From an uncultured Fimbriimonadales bacterium (lineage in GTDB: Bacteria; Armatimonadota; Fimbriimonadia; Fimbriimonadales; ATM1): DNA of 64,000 nt. A program made the translations under genes and the position numbers. The notes beneath the pieces are model-generated. The model was not told where the DNA came from and made no database searches. It saw only the letters and a program-made list of their open reading frames with translations. Of this stretch, positions 23,490 through 33,825 are shown piece by piece. The stretch spans positions 105,497-169,496 of the forward strand of contig CAZVXY010000005.1 of assembly GCA_964631245.1 (NCBI GenBank). Reading direction: 5' to 3'. The number at the start of each line of letters is the position of its first letter. The first letter of the stretch is position 1.

Positions 23490-25019
23490 TTAGTGGGGCT
23501 GTTCTTGGAACCGACGGAGGAGTTCTTGGGCTTTGCGGTCATAGGCCTCGGGGTCCTTCCACGTTTGGCGCGGGAGAAGAATCTCCGAGGGTACGGAAGG
23601 GCATTCCCGCGGAACGGAGAAACCGAAAATGGGGTCCTTCTGAAATTCCACTTTATCCAATTCTCCTGCGAGGGCCGCCTGAAGCATCGCTCGCGTATAG
23701 CGTAAATCAATCCGTGTCCCCACTCCATAGGGCCCTCCTGTCCACCCCGTGTTGACCAGCCACACTTGCGCGTTGTGTTTCTGAATTTTCTCATTTAGCA
23801 TTTCGGCGTAAGTCCTTGGGGGGAGGGGCAGGAAGGGTGCCCCAAAGCAAGCGCTAAAAGTAGCGCGGGGTTCCGTTATCCCTGTCTCGGTGCCCGCCAC
23901 CTTTGCGGTATATCCCAGTAGAAATTGCTCCATAGCCTGCTCTTTGGTGAGTAAACTGATCGGGGGCAAGACGCCAAAAGCATCCGCGGTGAGAAAGAAT
24001 ATGTTTCGCGGATGCCCCGCTATGCTGGGCACTATCGCTCCTTCAATGTATTCCACGGGGTAAGTGCAGCGGGTGTTCTCCGTGACGCTACCATCGTCGT
24101 AGTTCGGCACTCTGCGGTCATCCACGACCACATTCTCCAGCACGGAGCCGAATCGGATCGCATTCCATATCTGGGGTTCCTTTTCTCTGGAAAGGTGGAT
24201 GCATTTGGCATAACATCCCCCTTCAAAGTTGAATATCCCCTCGTCGGTCCAGCCGTGCTCGTCGTCTCCTACCAGTTGCCGATTCGGATCCGCACTTAGG
24301 GTCGTTTTTCCGGTCCCGCTCAGTCCAAAGAATAAGGCGACATCCCCGCCTTTTCCCACGTTTGCGGAACAGTGCATACTCAGCACTCCCTGCCGTGGGA
24401 GGAGAAAATTGAGCACGGTGAAGATAGATTTTTTCATCTCCCCTGCGTAAGCAGTCCCGCCAATGAGGACCATTCGCTCGCTAAAGTTCAAGACGATGAA
24501 AGCTTCCCCGCGGGTGCCATCATTCTCGGGGTCTGCCTTAAGAGAAGGAACGTTCACGACTACCCAATCAGGGCGAAAATCCTGCAGTTCCGCTTGAGTG
24601 GGGCGTAGGAAAAGCGTCCGTGCAAACAGGGCGTGCCACGCTTTCTCTACCAAAAAGCGAACTCGCAAACGGTAGCGGGGGTCCGCTCCTGCAAAAACGT
24701 CCATCAGGTAAAGACGGTTTCCTCGCAGATGCTCTAAAACCTTCCCCTTCAGGTGAGCGAAAACCTCGGGCGACATCCCCTGGTTGTTTTCCCACCACAC
24801 ACACCCCTCCGTGATTTCGTCACGCACAATGTACTTGTCTTTGGGCGTCCGACCTGTATATTTCCCTGTCCGCACCACCAGCGCCCCGTTATCTGCCAGA
24901 AGCCCTTCCCCCTCCTTGATGGCAAGTTCCACCAGCCTCGCAGGGGGGAGATTTTGGAAAACTTCCCGAAGATCGGAAAAGTCAAAGGACTGCGCTGATG
25001 GATCTATCGTTATAGCCAC
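23490..25019 (-). CDS. pckA: phosphoenolpyruvate carboxykinase (ATP)
   Basis: 509 aa. Kinase-1a loop [13 protein letters not shown], and DDEHGW. GTG start with an AAGGGGG SD. Confidence 0.95.
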   Translation of the reverse strand: MAITIDPSAQSFDFSDLREVFQNLPPARLVELAIKEGEGLLADNGALVVRTGKYTGRTPKDKYIVRDEITEGCVWWENNQGMSPEVFAHLKGKVLEHLRGNRLYLMDVFAGADPRYRLRVRFLVEKAWHALFARTLFLRPTQAELQDFRPDWVVVNVPSLKADPENDGTRGEAFIVLNFSERMVLIGGTAYAGEMKKSIFTVLNFLLPRQGVLSMHCSANVGKGGDVALFFGLSGTGKTTLSADPNRQLVGDDEHGWTDEGIFNFEGGCYAKCIHLSREKEPQIWNAIRFGSVLENVVVDDRRVPNYDDGSVTENTRCTYPVEYIEGAIVPSIAGHPRNIFFLTADAFGVLPPISLLTKEQAMEQFLLGYTAKVAGTETGITEPRATFSACFGAPFLPLPPRTYAEMLNEKIQKHNAQVWLVNTGWTGGPYGVGTRIDLRYTRAMLQAALAGELDKVEFQKDPIFGFSVPRECPSVPSEILLPRQTWKDPEAYDRKAQELLRRFQEQPH

Positions 25020-25192
25020 GAGGATACCCCCTTATAAAAAAGTTTTTGAGGTCTTCTGTACTGTGGGCATCCCACTTGCTTTCTTCTTGAGGGACCTGAG
25101 AGGGAGGAGCGGAAAGGGTTCACCACAAAAGCGGGTTGGGAGGCGAGGCAGGGCGAACAAGAAGAATTGCTACCAGAAGACACAACTTCATT

Positions 25193-26191
25193 TTACCCGT
25201 GAGCGACCCTGTGAAGGGCAGAAATGATGGCGCGCAGGTTCTCTTCGGGGACGGATTCAGGGTCATAGGTACAGCCAGGTGTAAGGATGATCGGGCGTCC
25301 ACCCGCTTCCCGAAGAGCCTCTTCTGCCTCTTGAACGCATTCCTCAGGCGAGCCTTTGGGAAGGGTGTTTAGATTGTCTAAACCCCCCATAATGGCGGGC
25401 TTAAGTCGGTAAATTACCGATGAAATGGGAGGTCCTGCATAGCGATCAGCCCAGTTGATTGCCTGAACGGGGTAGAGGGCAAACCGGTCAAAATTCCTGG
25501 CTTTTCCGCACACGTGTAACACGTTAAATCTCCCTGCCTCGCTCCCCTTCAGGATTTCTAAATCTGTAGGTGCCACCAGGGAATCATAAATCCCTTCACC
25601 ATTTTCCGGCGTATCCACCCAATCGTCCCGCACAGAAAGGAAGATTCCATCTGCGCCTGCCTCTATGGCGCGCTGTGCAAAACGACTCAACCCCCTACCT
25701 ATTCGGGCAAGCGCGGAGCGGAGGCGCTCGGGATCCTTATGCAGGATTTGGGTGATGGTTTCATCCCGCTCATCCCTCCCGTTCAGAGAAGGGGGACCGT
25801 GATGGTCTGAATGGGGGGCACACAGCCTTCGCAAAGTTGCCCAGGAATTGAAAAGGGTTACTGTGGTGAGGACTTTCCCTTTTAGGAGGCTTGCAATCCC
25901 TTGTATGACCTCCAGTTCTCGCTGGAACGGTTCTTCGGTTCCGCTCCACTCTTCAATGACATCCAGGTCTTGAGGGGTGCGCACGTGCCACTCCGGGGAA
26001 GGGCGAGGCAACCCCGTATCATTCATTATCTTCAGGAAGTCCAGGTCATACTTCCTGAGGTGAGAAAGGTGAGCCTCTATCGCAGGCTTTCCGCTGAATT
26101 GCTCAGGCTTGAAGTGATGCCAGAAACTATAAGGGGGGCGGTCCGGTCGCTCTCCCCGGAGCACCCGCTCTACTCGCTCTCGCTTGGTCAT
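25193..26191 (-). CDS. uroporphyrinogen decarboxylase (URO-D) family protein
   Basis: 332 aa. N-terminal ERVERVLRGERPDRPP and overall URO-D/MtaA-like layout. Specific function unknown. Confidence 0.7.
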   Translation of the reverse strand: MTKRERVERVLRGERPDRPPYSFWHHFKPEQFSGKPAIEAHLSHLRKYDLDFLKIMNDTGLPRPSPEWHVRTPQDLDVIEEWSGTEEPFQRELEVIQGIASLLKGKVLTTVTLFNSWATLRRLCAPHSDHHGPPSLNGRDERDETITQILHKDPERLRSALARIGRGLSRFAQRAIEAGADGIFLSVRDDWVDTPENGEGIYDSLVAPTDLEILKGSEAGRFNVLHVCGKARNFDRFALYPVQAINWADRYAGPPISSVIYRLKPAIMGGLDNLNTLPKGSPEECVQEAEEALREAGGRPIILTPGCTYDPESVPEENLRAIISALHRVAHG

Positions 26192-26209
26192 CCCCGAGGA
26201 CCTGGCACG

Positions 26210-27340
26210 CTACCCGTGTAGTTCCCTAAAGCGCTTCATAAACTCGGCAAGCACACGAGCCCCTTCCTCGGGGAAGGCATTGTACATAGAAGCCCGGATG
26301 CCCCCCACGCTCCGATGTCCTTTGAGCGTTTCTAAGCCTTCCTTTTCCGCTTCTTTGCAGAAAAGATCGTCCAGCTCCTCGCTGGGACATCGGAAGACGA
26401 TGTTCATTCGGCTTCGGTTCTCATAGACGGCGTGGGGCTTATAGAATCCATCGCTGGCATCAATGACATCGTAAAGGAGTTTTGCCTTGCGCTCGTTGAT
26501 TGCCTCAATGGCGGAAACCCCTCCCAACTTGAGGAGCCACTTGTAGTATAAGCCACACACATAGATCGCAAAGGTGGGCGGAGTGTTGTGAATGGAATTC
26601 CCCTTCTTCGCTTCTTTCCAGCTTAGCATCAGGGGCAGATCCTGTTTTTCTGCTATCTCCATAGCCCGGGGACTAATGATGACGGTCGTTACTCCTGCGG
26701 GACCCTGGTTCTTCTGAGCGCCTGCGAAAATCACGTCATACTTTCTCACGTCAAAGCGCCGGCTCAAAATATTACTGCTCGCATCGCACACCACCGGAGC
26801 ATCCACGGGAAACACAGGGTCTCGCAAGTAATCCACTCCCCCAACCGTTTCATTGCTCGTGAAGTAAATATAAGCGGGGTTCTCGCTGAAGTTAGGTTCG
26901 TCGTCTTTGGGCGCACGGTCAAACCCGGTCGCCTCGCTGGTGTAAGCTATATGGACCGGACCTAACTTCTTGGCATCCTTCATAGATTTGTTACCCCAGT
27001 AGCCTGTGTCTAAATAGTTGGGGATTCGCCCTTCTTGCTTAAGATTAAGAGGAATCAGGGCATTCTCCAGGCTCGCTCCCCCTTGCAAGAAAAGAACGGT
27101 GTAATCCTCGGGGATTTCCATAAGTTTTCGGAGGTCCGCAATAGCCTGGTTATGAATTTCCTCATATTCATCCGAGCGGTGGCTCATCTCCATCACGCTC
27201 TTGCCGTGCCCTTTGTAATTCAAAAGGTCATCACGCACTTCCTCAAGCACTTCCACGGGAAGCATTCCTGGTCCCGCAGAAAAGTTGTACACTCTTCCAT
27301 AGGGAAGCCCGGTTTTGGGGGTTTCTTTTGCAGGAATCAT
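26210..27340 (-). CDS. serC: phosphoserine aminotransferase
   Basis: 376 aa. YNFSAGPGMLP N-terminus. PLP-lysine context FAGAQKNQGPAGVT. C-terminal GGIRASMYNA. Confidence 0.93.
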   Translation of the reverse strand: MIPAKETPKTGLPYGRVYNFSAGPGMLPVEVLEEVRDDLLNYKGHGKSVMEMSHRSDEYEEIHNQAIADLRKLMEIPEDYTVLFLQGGASLENALIPLNLKQEGRIPNYLDTGYWGNKSMKDAKKLGPVHIAYTSEATGFDRAPKDDEPNFSENPAYIYFTSNETVGGVDYLRDPVFPVDAPVVCDASSNILSRRFDVRKYDVIFAGAQKNQGPAGVTTVIISPRAMEIAEKQDLPLMLSWKEAKKGNSIHNTPPTFAIYVCGLYYKWLLKLGGVSAIEAINERKAKLLYDVIDASDGFYKPHAVYENRSRMNIVFRCPSEELDDLFCKEAEKEGLETLKGHRSVGGIRASMYNAFPEEGARVLAEFMKRFRELHG

Positions 27341-27380
27341 GTCTTAATGATACTCCCTTCCATCGCAAGAGTGCCATCCT

Positions 27381-28052
27381 TTAGGGGCTCCATTCTGCGG
27401 AACGCACCCCCTCTAAGGAGATTATCGCCTCTAAACATTTGTCCCGCTCCCCCTTGAGGCTTATTCTGACCCGCGCCCCCTCTCCCTCACGCTCTATCTG
27501 GAGCCTTTCCACTTCCCCTCCCGCCCGCATCAGCGCCGAGAGCACGTCGGGTAGCTCGTGAGCCCCTTCACAGCGAACTACTAAGTTCCCCCCCGCGCGC
27601 TTGGTGGCTCCGCGCTCTAAGGTCCACTCCACCACAGTGAGAGTCAGGAGTGTCAAGGCAGTGGCGGCGATGGCAACGATGTAGTAGGGTCCCCCGGCGC
27701 TGATAGCCAAGCCAATAGCGGCGGTCACCCAGATGCTTGCCGCTGTCGTCAATCCCCTCACTTCCAAGCCCATCCGCAAGATGGACCCCGCCCCCAGGAA
27801 GCCAATCCCTGTGACCACATTAGAGGCAATTCGCCCAGGGTCGCCCCCTCCCGAAAACGCCTTGCTCACCTCACCAAAGAGAACCACTCCCACGCAAATA
27901 AGCATATGGGTCCGCAAGCCCGCAGGCCTCCCGGCGCGCTCCCGCTCAAACCCAATGGCACCTCCAAGAAAAGCCCCCAAACCTAACTTTAGAAGCACCT
28001 TCAGGGCTTCTATCCAGCTTTGGGGGGAAAGCCCATCCAGAAACTGTTCCAT
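27381..28052 (-). CDS. MgtC/SapB family membrane protein
   Basis: 223 aa. GAIGFERERAGRPAGLRTHMLICVG signature and a C-terminal ACT-like soluble domain. Confidence 0.8.
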   Translation of the reverse strand: MEQFLDGLSPQSWIEALKVLLKLGLGAFLGGAIGFERERAGRPAGLRTHMLICVGVVLFGEVSKAFSGGGDPGRIASNVVTGIGFLGAGSILRMGLEVRGLTTAASIWVTAAIGLAISAGGPYYIVAIAATALTLLTLTVVEWTLERGATKRAGGNLVVRCEGAHELPDVLSALMRAGGEVERLQIEREGEGARVRISLKGERDKCLEAIISLEGVRSAEWSP

Positions 28053-28115
28053 CGCCTAAAGTATACATCTCTAAATGACTCACGTGCCCCCTCGGGATAC
28101 AATAGGTGATGAAGT

Positions 28116-28403
28116 ATGCCACGCCTGAGCGAAGACCAGATTGCGACCGCCCTTCAAACCCTGCGGGGGTGGACCGTGGAAGAAAACCAGCTCCAGAAAA
28201 CCTATACCTTTGACCGCTATGCGGATGGCGTTCTTTTCACAGTAGCCTGCGCCCGAATAGCAGAACTGAAAGACCACCATCCCGACCTTCTCCTCACTTA
28301 CAAAAGGGTGCGAGTGGCTCTCAGCACTCACAGTGAGGGGGGGATCACGGAGAAGGATGTGGAAATGGCGCGGTTCATTGAGGCTCATCTCGCTCCACCC
28401 TAA
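28116..28403 (+). CDS. pterin-4-alpha-carbinolamine dehydratase
   Basis: 95 aa. LRGWTVEENQL...ELKDHHPDLLLTY, including the DHHPD core motif. Confidence 0.85.
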   Translation: MPRLSEDQIATALQTLRGWTVEENQLQKTYTFDRYADGVLFTVACARIAELKDHHPDLLLTYKRVRVALSTHSEGGITEKDVEMARFIEAHLAPP

Positions 28404-28514
28404 GCCCCTGTCTGCCCCCAGCGGGAAAGCGAGAGGCAAAACACCTGCGGTTTTATGTCATAATGGACATAGCCGGGTCGCCCCAGAGGGACCCCGGCTC
28501 ATTTGTTCTGCTCG

Positions 28515-30350
28515 ATGGAAGAAGCCACCATTCAACGCATCCTTGCCACGGACTGCGGTTCCACGACTACCAAAGCCATTTTGATTGAGCGGACCGAGTC
28601 CGGGGAATATCGCCTTATGGCGCGGGGAGAGGCACCCACCACCGTGGAGAAACCCTTTGAAGACGTTACCGTGGGGGTCCTCAATTCCGTGCGGGAACTG
28701 GAAGAGATCACTGAGGTGAAATTAGGCGCCCGACGCGTCCTCATCAAAGATAATCGCATCTTCCGCCTTTTCAAAAGGGGCAAGAAGGTGGAGGAAAGAC
28801 AGAACCCCCTGGAGGCAGCAGACCTGTACGTCAGTACCTCCTCCGCAGGAGGTGGTCTTCAAATGATGGTGGCAGGTGTGGTGAAGGCAATGAGTGCCGA
28901 AAGCGCAGAAAGAGCCGCCCTGGGCGCCGGAGCCATCCTGATGGATACCTTGGCGGTGGATGATGGACGCAAGGAATACCAAAAAGTGGAACGCCTCCGA
29001 CAACTGCGTCCCGACATCATCCTCGTCTCAGGCGGTACCGATGGCGGAACGGTAGAGCATCTGGTCCAGTTAGCAGAGGTGATTCGGCGCGCGGACCCCA
29101 AGCCACGATTTGGGGAAATGAAACTGCCCGTGATCTTTGCAGGAAACAAAATGGCGCGTCAACTTGTTTCAGAAGAAATCGGCACCAATGTGGACCTGAG
29201 AATCGTGGATAATATCCGCCCCACACTGGAAAAGGAAAACCTGGGACCTGCACGGGAAGCCATCCACGAACTCTTTTTAGAACACGTGATGCAACAAGCA
29301 CCCGGATACAACAAACTGCTGGAATGGGTCTCTGAGGACATTATGGCAACCCCTAACGCAGTGGGGAAGTTGATGGAGCACTATGCCCGTGCGCGAAAGA
29401 TCAACCTCCTGGGAGTGGATATTGGCGGGGCGACCACCGATACCTTCTCGGTCTTCTCCGGTACTTATAACCGCACGGTCTCTGCTAACCTCGGAATGAG
29501 TTACTCCATCTGCAACGTCTTGAAGGAAGCAGGAGTGGAGAACATCAAACGCTGGCTCCCCTTTGAAATAGACTCCTTTGACCTCCGGAACCGGTTGCGA
29601 AACAAAATGATCCGCCCCACCACCATCCCCCAAACTTACGAAGACCTGTTGATTGAACATGCGGTCGCCCGTGAAGCCCTCAGGCTTGCTCTGGAACACC
29701 ATAAAACTCTCGCCAGAGGGCTCCTGGGGGTCCAGGTCCAGCGAACGGTGGGTGAAGCGCTCACCCAGGAAGCGGCGGGACAAACCATCGTCAATATGAT
29801 GGCGCTGGACATTATCATTGGATCGGGAGGAGTGCTTTCCCACGCACCCGACCGGAAGCAGAGCGCTTTGATGATGATGGATGCCTATCAACCCGAAGGC
29901 GTCACGCTCCTTACCGTGGATTCCATCTTTATGATGCCTCACCTCGGCGTCCTTGCAGAACATCACCCCAAGGCGGCTTACGAAGTCTTTGAAAGAGACT
30001 GCCTCATCCGCATTGGCACCTGCATCGCTCCTGTGGGACAACGCGGAAACCCAGGAGAACCCTGCCTGAAGATCACCGGCCCGGGAGGGTGGCAAGAGGA
30101 AGTCAAATACGGAGAACTCAAGTTGATCCCCCTGGGGGTGGGCGAGAAGAGGGAAGTCGTTTTGGAACCTGCTCGTGGATTTGACGTAGGCGCGGGAAAA
30201 GGGCGACGCCTCACTACTGAAATTGAGGGTGGGGTGGCGGGAGTTTTCGTGGATTGCCGGGGGCGCCCCCTGGAACTCCCCTCCGAAGAGGGGGCAAGGA
30301 TAGCCTTCTTGAGAAAAACCCTCCAGGCGTTGGACCTCCCCCTTCCCTGA
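28515..30350 (+). CDS. GlmL/MutL-like ASKHA-fold ATPase (glutamate-mutase-reactivase family), long form
   Basis: ILATDCGSTTTKAIL phosphate-1 motif and a second GVDIGGATTD motif. The ATG at 28515 is preferred over TTG at 28503. Confidence 0.65.
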   Translation: MEEATIQRILATDCGSTTTKAILIERTESGEYRLMARGEAPTTVEKPFEDVTVGVLNSVRELEEITEVKLGARRVLIKDNRIFRLFKRGKKVEERQNPLEAADLYVSTSSAGGGLQMMVAGVVKAMSAESAERAALGAGAILMDTLAVDDGRKEYQKVERLRQLRPDIILVSGGTDGGTVEHLVQLAEVIRRADPKPRFGEMKLPVIFAGNKMARQLVSEEIGTNVDLRIVDNIRPTLEKENLGPAREAIHELFLEHVMQQAPGYNKLLEWVSEDIMATPNAVGKLMEHYARARKINLLGVDIGGATTDTFSVFSGTYNRTVSANLGMSYSICNVLKEAGVENIKRWLPFEIDSFDLRNRLRNKMIRPTTIPQTYEDLLIEHAVAREALRLALEHHKTLARGLLGVQVQRTVGEALTQEAAGQTIVNMMALDIIIGSGGVLSHAPDRKQSALMMMDAYQPEGVTLLTVDSIFMMPHLGVLAEHHPKAAYEVFERDCLIRIGTCIAPVGQRGNPGEPCLKITGPGGWQEEVKYGELKLIPLGVGEKREVVLEPARGFDVGAGKGRRLTTEIEGGVAGVFVDCRGRPLELPSEEGARIAFLRKTLQALDLPLP

Positions 30351-30467
30351 GCGTCTTTAGTTTCCATAGAAACTCCCCCAAAAAATCTGGCAATGGGTGC
30401 TATACTGCGTTTACTTGAGCTTGTGTGGAGTCCTTCTCCTCCCTCGTTCAGGTAAGGAGGTAACCAA

Positions 30468-31082
30468 ATGTTCGTTTCTCTTCTCGCCTCGGCGCTCCTT
30501 GCGCCCAGCACTCTCGCGGTCTCCCTTTCCGCTAAGCCGTTTTCGTGGGAAGGGGTTTTCGTAGAGGGTTGCAGTTGTATGTCCCCCTGCCCTTGCGAAA
30601 TCAGCGATGTGAGAATGGGTTGTCAGGGTGTGGGCGTATATGTCTTCAACAAAGGCAAGTACGGGACCACGGACCTGGCAGGACTCAAACTTGCCTATGG
30701 AATTCAACCCGGAGAATGGGTGACCCTCTTCATAGAGGCGAAAAACGCCAACCAGCGAAAAGCGGCGGTAGAGTTTGCCACCACTGCCTTCAAGGAGGCT
30801 GGCAAAGTCCTCTTTGTCCGCGATGCGAAGATTAGCGTCACGGGCTCTAAAGGGAAGTACACCGTCACGGTGGAGAAAGCCTTCACCCTAAAAACCGAGC
30901 CGATCCTTGGCGGGGACGGCAAAAGCCCCATCTCCATTTCTAACGTCAAAAATCCCATTCATCCAACCGTGTTCCTGGGGAAGACCGTCCAGTGTACCTA
31001 TAACGACGGCGAACGGTCCTTTGACATCCAGGACACGAACTCCTACTTCAACGACCGAGCCATGAGCACCGCTCAACTGTAA
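30468..31082 (+). CDS. secreted Cys-rich protein, DUF1326-like (assignment from memory)
   Basis: 204 aa. AAGGAGG SD and a signal peptide. EGCSCMSPCPCEISD...GCQG cysteine cluster. Confidence 0.55.
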   Translation: MFVSLLASALLAPSTLAVSLSAKPFSWEGVFVEGCSCMSPCPCEISDVRMGCQGVGVYVFNKGKYGTTDLAGLKLAYGIQPGEWVTLFIEAKNANQRKAAVEFATTAFKEAGKVLFVRDAKISVTGSKGKYTVTVEKAFTLKTEPILGGDGKSPISISNVKNPIHPTVFLGKTVQCTYNDGERSFDIQDTNSYFNDRAMSTAQL

Positions 31083-31236
31083 CCCGAAGCCCTTCTACCG
31101 CCGAGTCTTGGGGATATTCCCTTGACGGATTCGGCGGATCAACACAACCGGGCTCTACGAAACAGGGTTCGTGATAATGCGGAGCCCCGAGGCTCAGCCT
31201 AAAAGGGCTAACCCACGGGGTGAAGCCAATGAATGA

Positions 31237-31269
31237 AGGTCCCCACCCCCGGGGACCTTTCTTTTTTTG
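31237..31269 (+). terminator. rho-independent terminator, partly bidirectional
   Basis: AGGTCCCC (31237-31244), a 6-nt loop, GGGGACCT (31251-31258), then TTCTTTTTTTG. On the minus strand the same hairpin follows the res stop and is trailed by TTCATTCATT. Confidence 0.6.
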
Positions 31270-31275
31270 CCACTC

Positions 31276-33825
31276 TTACCTCCCGTCTTCAAAGGTTGAA
31301 ATTAGCTCCTCAAGGCTTATGAAACGATATTTCTCAAAGTCCTCCTGATTCACTCGTGTGAACTGCCATTCGCTCTTGGTTAGTTTAGTGGCATCCTCAC
31401 ACCATTGCTTTAGGCGCTTGTCTTTATGTTCAACATCAACGTCCACTCTCCCTTTTGTTTCAATTATCCAGTGATCCCCATCGGTTTTTAGCACTACAAA
31501 ATCAGGGAGGTACCACTTGAAGTTTCCTTCTGAATCTCTATATTCTACAAAGAAACCTATCTTTAGAACAATCTTGGAGAATGCAAACACATCCTCCGCT
31601 CTGTCTAAAAATTTGGCAAATTCTACTTCAAAATCATTATCACATGGGACATAGTTAAAGATGCATCTATTGGCTGAATAAACCAATTTTGACCAGACGA
31701 AGGGCCTTGTGTCTCGTAGTTTAATAAAATCTACTTTCTCTGGCTCTCTTTCTATGAAAGTCATGTCTTTGAATGCTTCTACAAACAATCTTATTAACTG
31801 CTTTTGAACTTCAGGAGAACTTAATTTATAAAGAACTCTCGGGTCATCAAGGTCAACTTTCTCACTGAATAGTTTTTCTATGACATATTTTTTAACAAGA
31901 GGATGGAAAGTGGCGAAGGCTCCACTTATTTTTAATTGCTTTAGTATCTGGTCAGTATAATAAGCAATAACACTTTTCGAATCCTGAGGCACTGGCAAAT
32001 CCCATTTCCTTTTTATAACTTCCATTCCCTTCAGCATATCTATTGCCACATACTCCATCTCTAAGATTTTATTTTCTAATGGTATCGCAAGAGATGGCAA
32101 TTTATCAATCTTAATCTCATCCAACTGAAATTCTCTTATTAAAACTCTCGGAGAAAGGATTGGAATCTCAATGTCCTTATCCAGTTTATTTTCATCTACA
32201 AATATAGTTGTTAGATTAATCGATCTCCCGGTATCAAACTCAGCAAACCTAATACCCTCCTGGGTTTCCAATTTCTCAAGGATATCTATCAAGCCCTGCG
32301 GTCCAATAACCTCAAGGACATTTATTGATTTATCAACATTTGCATCTTCTTCAGGAAACATCTTTCTTAAACCTCTACCTATAACCTGTTCAGGGAGGAC
32401 CTTTCTTCTTGATGTATAAGACCTCAGCCCCACAATTACATTTACATTTTTCACATCCCAGCCCTCGTTTAACATAAGTGTGCTCACTATTGCCTCGTAA
32501 GGATTTTTTTCGGGATCCGGATCATCAATAGTCTTTGCAAACTCTCTTGCTTTGGGTAAATCTGATTTTTTAACCTCGCCGGTGCTATCTGTATGGATTA
32601 ATAAAACTTTGCCCTTCAGATCTGGGATTGAATTTACATATTCATATATCTCATCTGCTTCTTTATTTTCTGGACATTGGAAAAATAATATAGGTTTCTT
32701 TCCCAAGGGTTTTAACTTTTCCTTGTATTCTCGCCACCTTCTTATTCCCGCATCAATCCAGGGTTTGTATCTTTCAACCGCCCTTCTAGATGTGATTTCA
32801 CGAGCACCCCTTACAAGCCCTTTTAGTGGTAATTTCACAATGTTCATCTCAATTGCTTCTTTCAGTGTAAAGTCAACGATAATCCAGGGGAATAAGGCTC
32901 CTGTTTTAGTTTTGGGTGTAGCACTAAAGTCAAGTTCCATATTGATGCCTTTGCCATATTGGGATTCTAATTTTTTGTGTAGTTCCAGAAGAATTTTTTT
33001 CCATGCCTTTTCAAAATCATAGATGTGATGGGCTTCGTCTTTCAAAATCACTATGTTTGCGCATGAAGTCAGTACCTCTTTTATCCTGTTCTCTTGATAG
33101 ATGTCAGACACACTATAAACCTCTGGCAATTCCATGACTCTGTCTACATATCGTTCAACTTCTTTCCCCTTAGCTTGTCTTTCTTCTAACTGTTGGATAT
33201 TGGTCAAAAACAATACTGCTTCTGGAATTATATGAATTGGGTCTTCTTTAAGAATTACTTTTAAGTCAAATTCATCCTGCCACTCAGGTGGGATAAGCGG
33301 CAGCTCTCGGAATATCTTACCATCTCTGAAATCCCTCGTCAGCCTATCATAAATAACATTTTTCTCACCAGCAATGAGAAGAAATTTTGAGGTATAATTA
33401 TTTTTGTTCTCTTTCTTATAATTGAAATATTGCCAGACGATGCTTAATGCCATCACATAGGTTTTGCCTGAACCCGTTGCCATCTTGAAGGCATAGAGCG
33501 GATACTGGTCATAGGATGGGTCATAACCCCTTATGGAACCACTCCCAAAATCCCTTGCCATATCTATAAAATTTCTCTTTTTCATCACTTCATAAACATA
33601 AATTAAGGTTTCAATCGCTTCTCTCTGGCAAAACCAGAATTGAAATGGCTCATTGTTTACTATATGGTCTTCGTAAAACCAAAATTGCAATAACCTTTTT
33701 GTTGTAGGAGTAATATTAGGATAACCCTGCTTCCGCCAACTAAATACTGCTTCACGAAGTTTATTCACTAAGTATGCTTTGCTTGGAAGCCTTTGTGATG
33801 GATGTAAAAGTTCCGTTGGTTTCAT
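31276..33825 (-). CDS. res: Type III restriction enzyme Res subunit (SF2 helicase plus C-terminal PD-(D/E)xK nuclease)
   Basis: 849 aa. Motif I KMATGSGKTYVM, motif II ILKDEAHHIY, FSATPK, motif VI QVIGRGLR. C-terminal YLPDFVVL...WIIETKG nuclease motif. The ATG overlaps the mod stop (ATGA). Confidence 0.88.
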   Translation of the reverse strand: MKPTELLHPSQRLPSKAYLVNKLREAVFSWRKQGYPNITPTTKRLLQFWFYEDHIVNNEPFQFWFCQREAIETLIYVYEVMKKRNFIDMARDFGSGSIRGYDPSYDQYPLYAFKMATGSGKTYVMALSIVWQYFNYKKENKNNYTSKFLLIAGEKNVIYDRLTRDFRDGKIFRELPLIPPEWQDEFDLKVILKEDPIHIIPEAVLFLTNIQQLEERQAKGKEVERYVDRVMELPEVYSVSDIYQENRIKEVLTSCANIVILKDEAHHIYDFEKAWKKILLELHKKLESQYGKGINMELDFSATPKTKTGALFPWIIVDFTLKEAIEMNIVKLPLKGLVRGAREITSRRAVERYKPWIDAGIRRWREYKEKLKPLGKKPILFFQCPENKEADEIYEYVNSIPDLKGKVLLIHTDSTGEVKKSDLPKAREFAKTIDDPDPEKNPYEAIVSTLMLNEGWDVKNVNVIVGLRSYTSRRKVLPEQVIGRGLRKMFPEEDANVDKSINVLEVIGPQGLIDILEKLETQEGIRFAEFDTGRSINLTTIFVDENKLDKDIEIPILSPRVLIREFQLDEIKIDKLPSLAIPLENKILEMEYVAIDMLKGMEVIKRKWDLPVPQDSKSVIAYYTDQILKQLKISGAFATFHPLVKKYVIEKLFSEKVDLDDPRVLYKLSSPEVQKQLIRLFVEAFKDMTFIEREPEKVDFIKLRDTRPFVWSKLVYSANRCIFNYVPCDNDFEVEFAKFLDRAEDVFAFSKIVLKIGFFVEYRDSEGNFKWYLPDFVVLKTDGDHWIIETKGRVDVDVEHKDKRLKQWCEDATKLTKSEWQFTRVNQEDFEKYRFISLEELISTFEDGR

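Noticed and set aside
29277-30095. 272-aa minus-strand ORF inside the GlmL-like gene
   Set aside because: It is antisense to a gene with clear ASKHA motifs. It has no SD and no recognisable domain.
31083-31275. tRNA or tmRNA as the island integration target
   Set aside because: A GGTTCG string is present near 31166. I could not build acceptor, T-arm or anticodon stems around it, and there is no CCA-proximal acceptor pairing. No integrase is present either.
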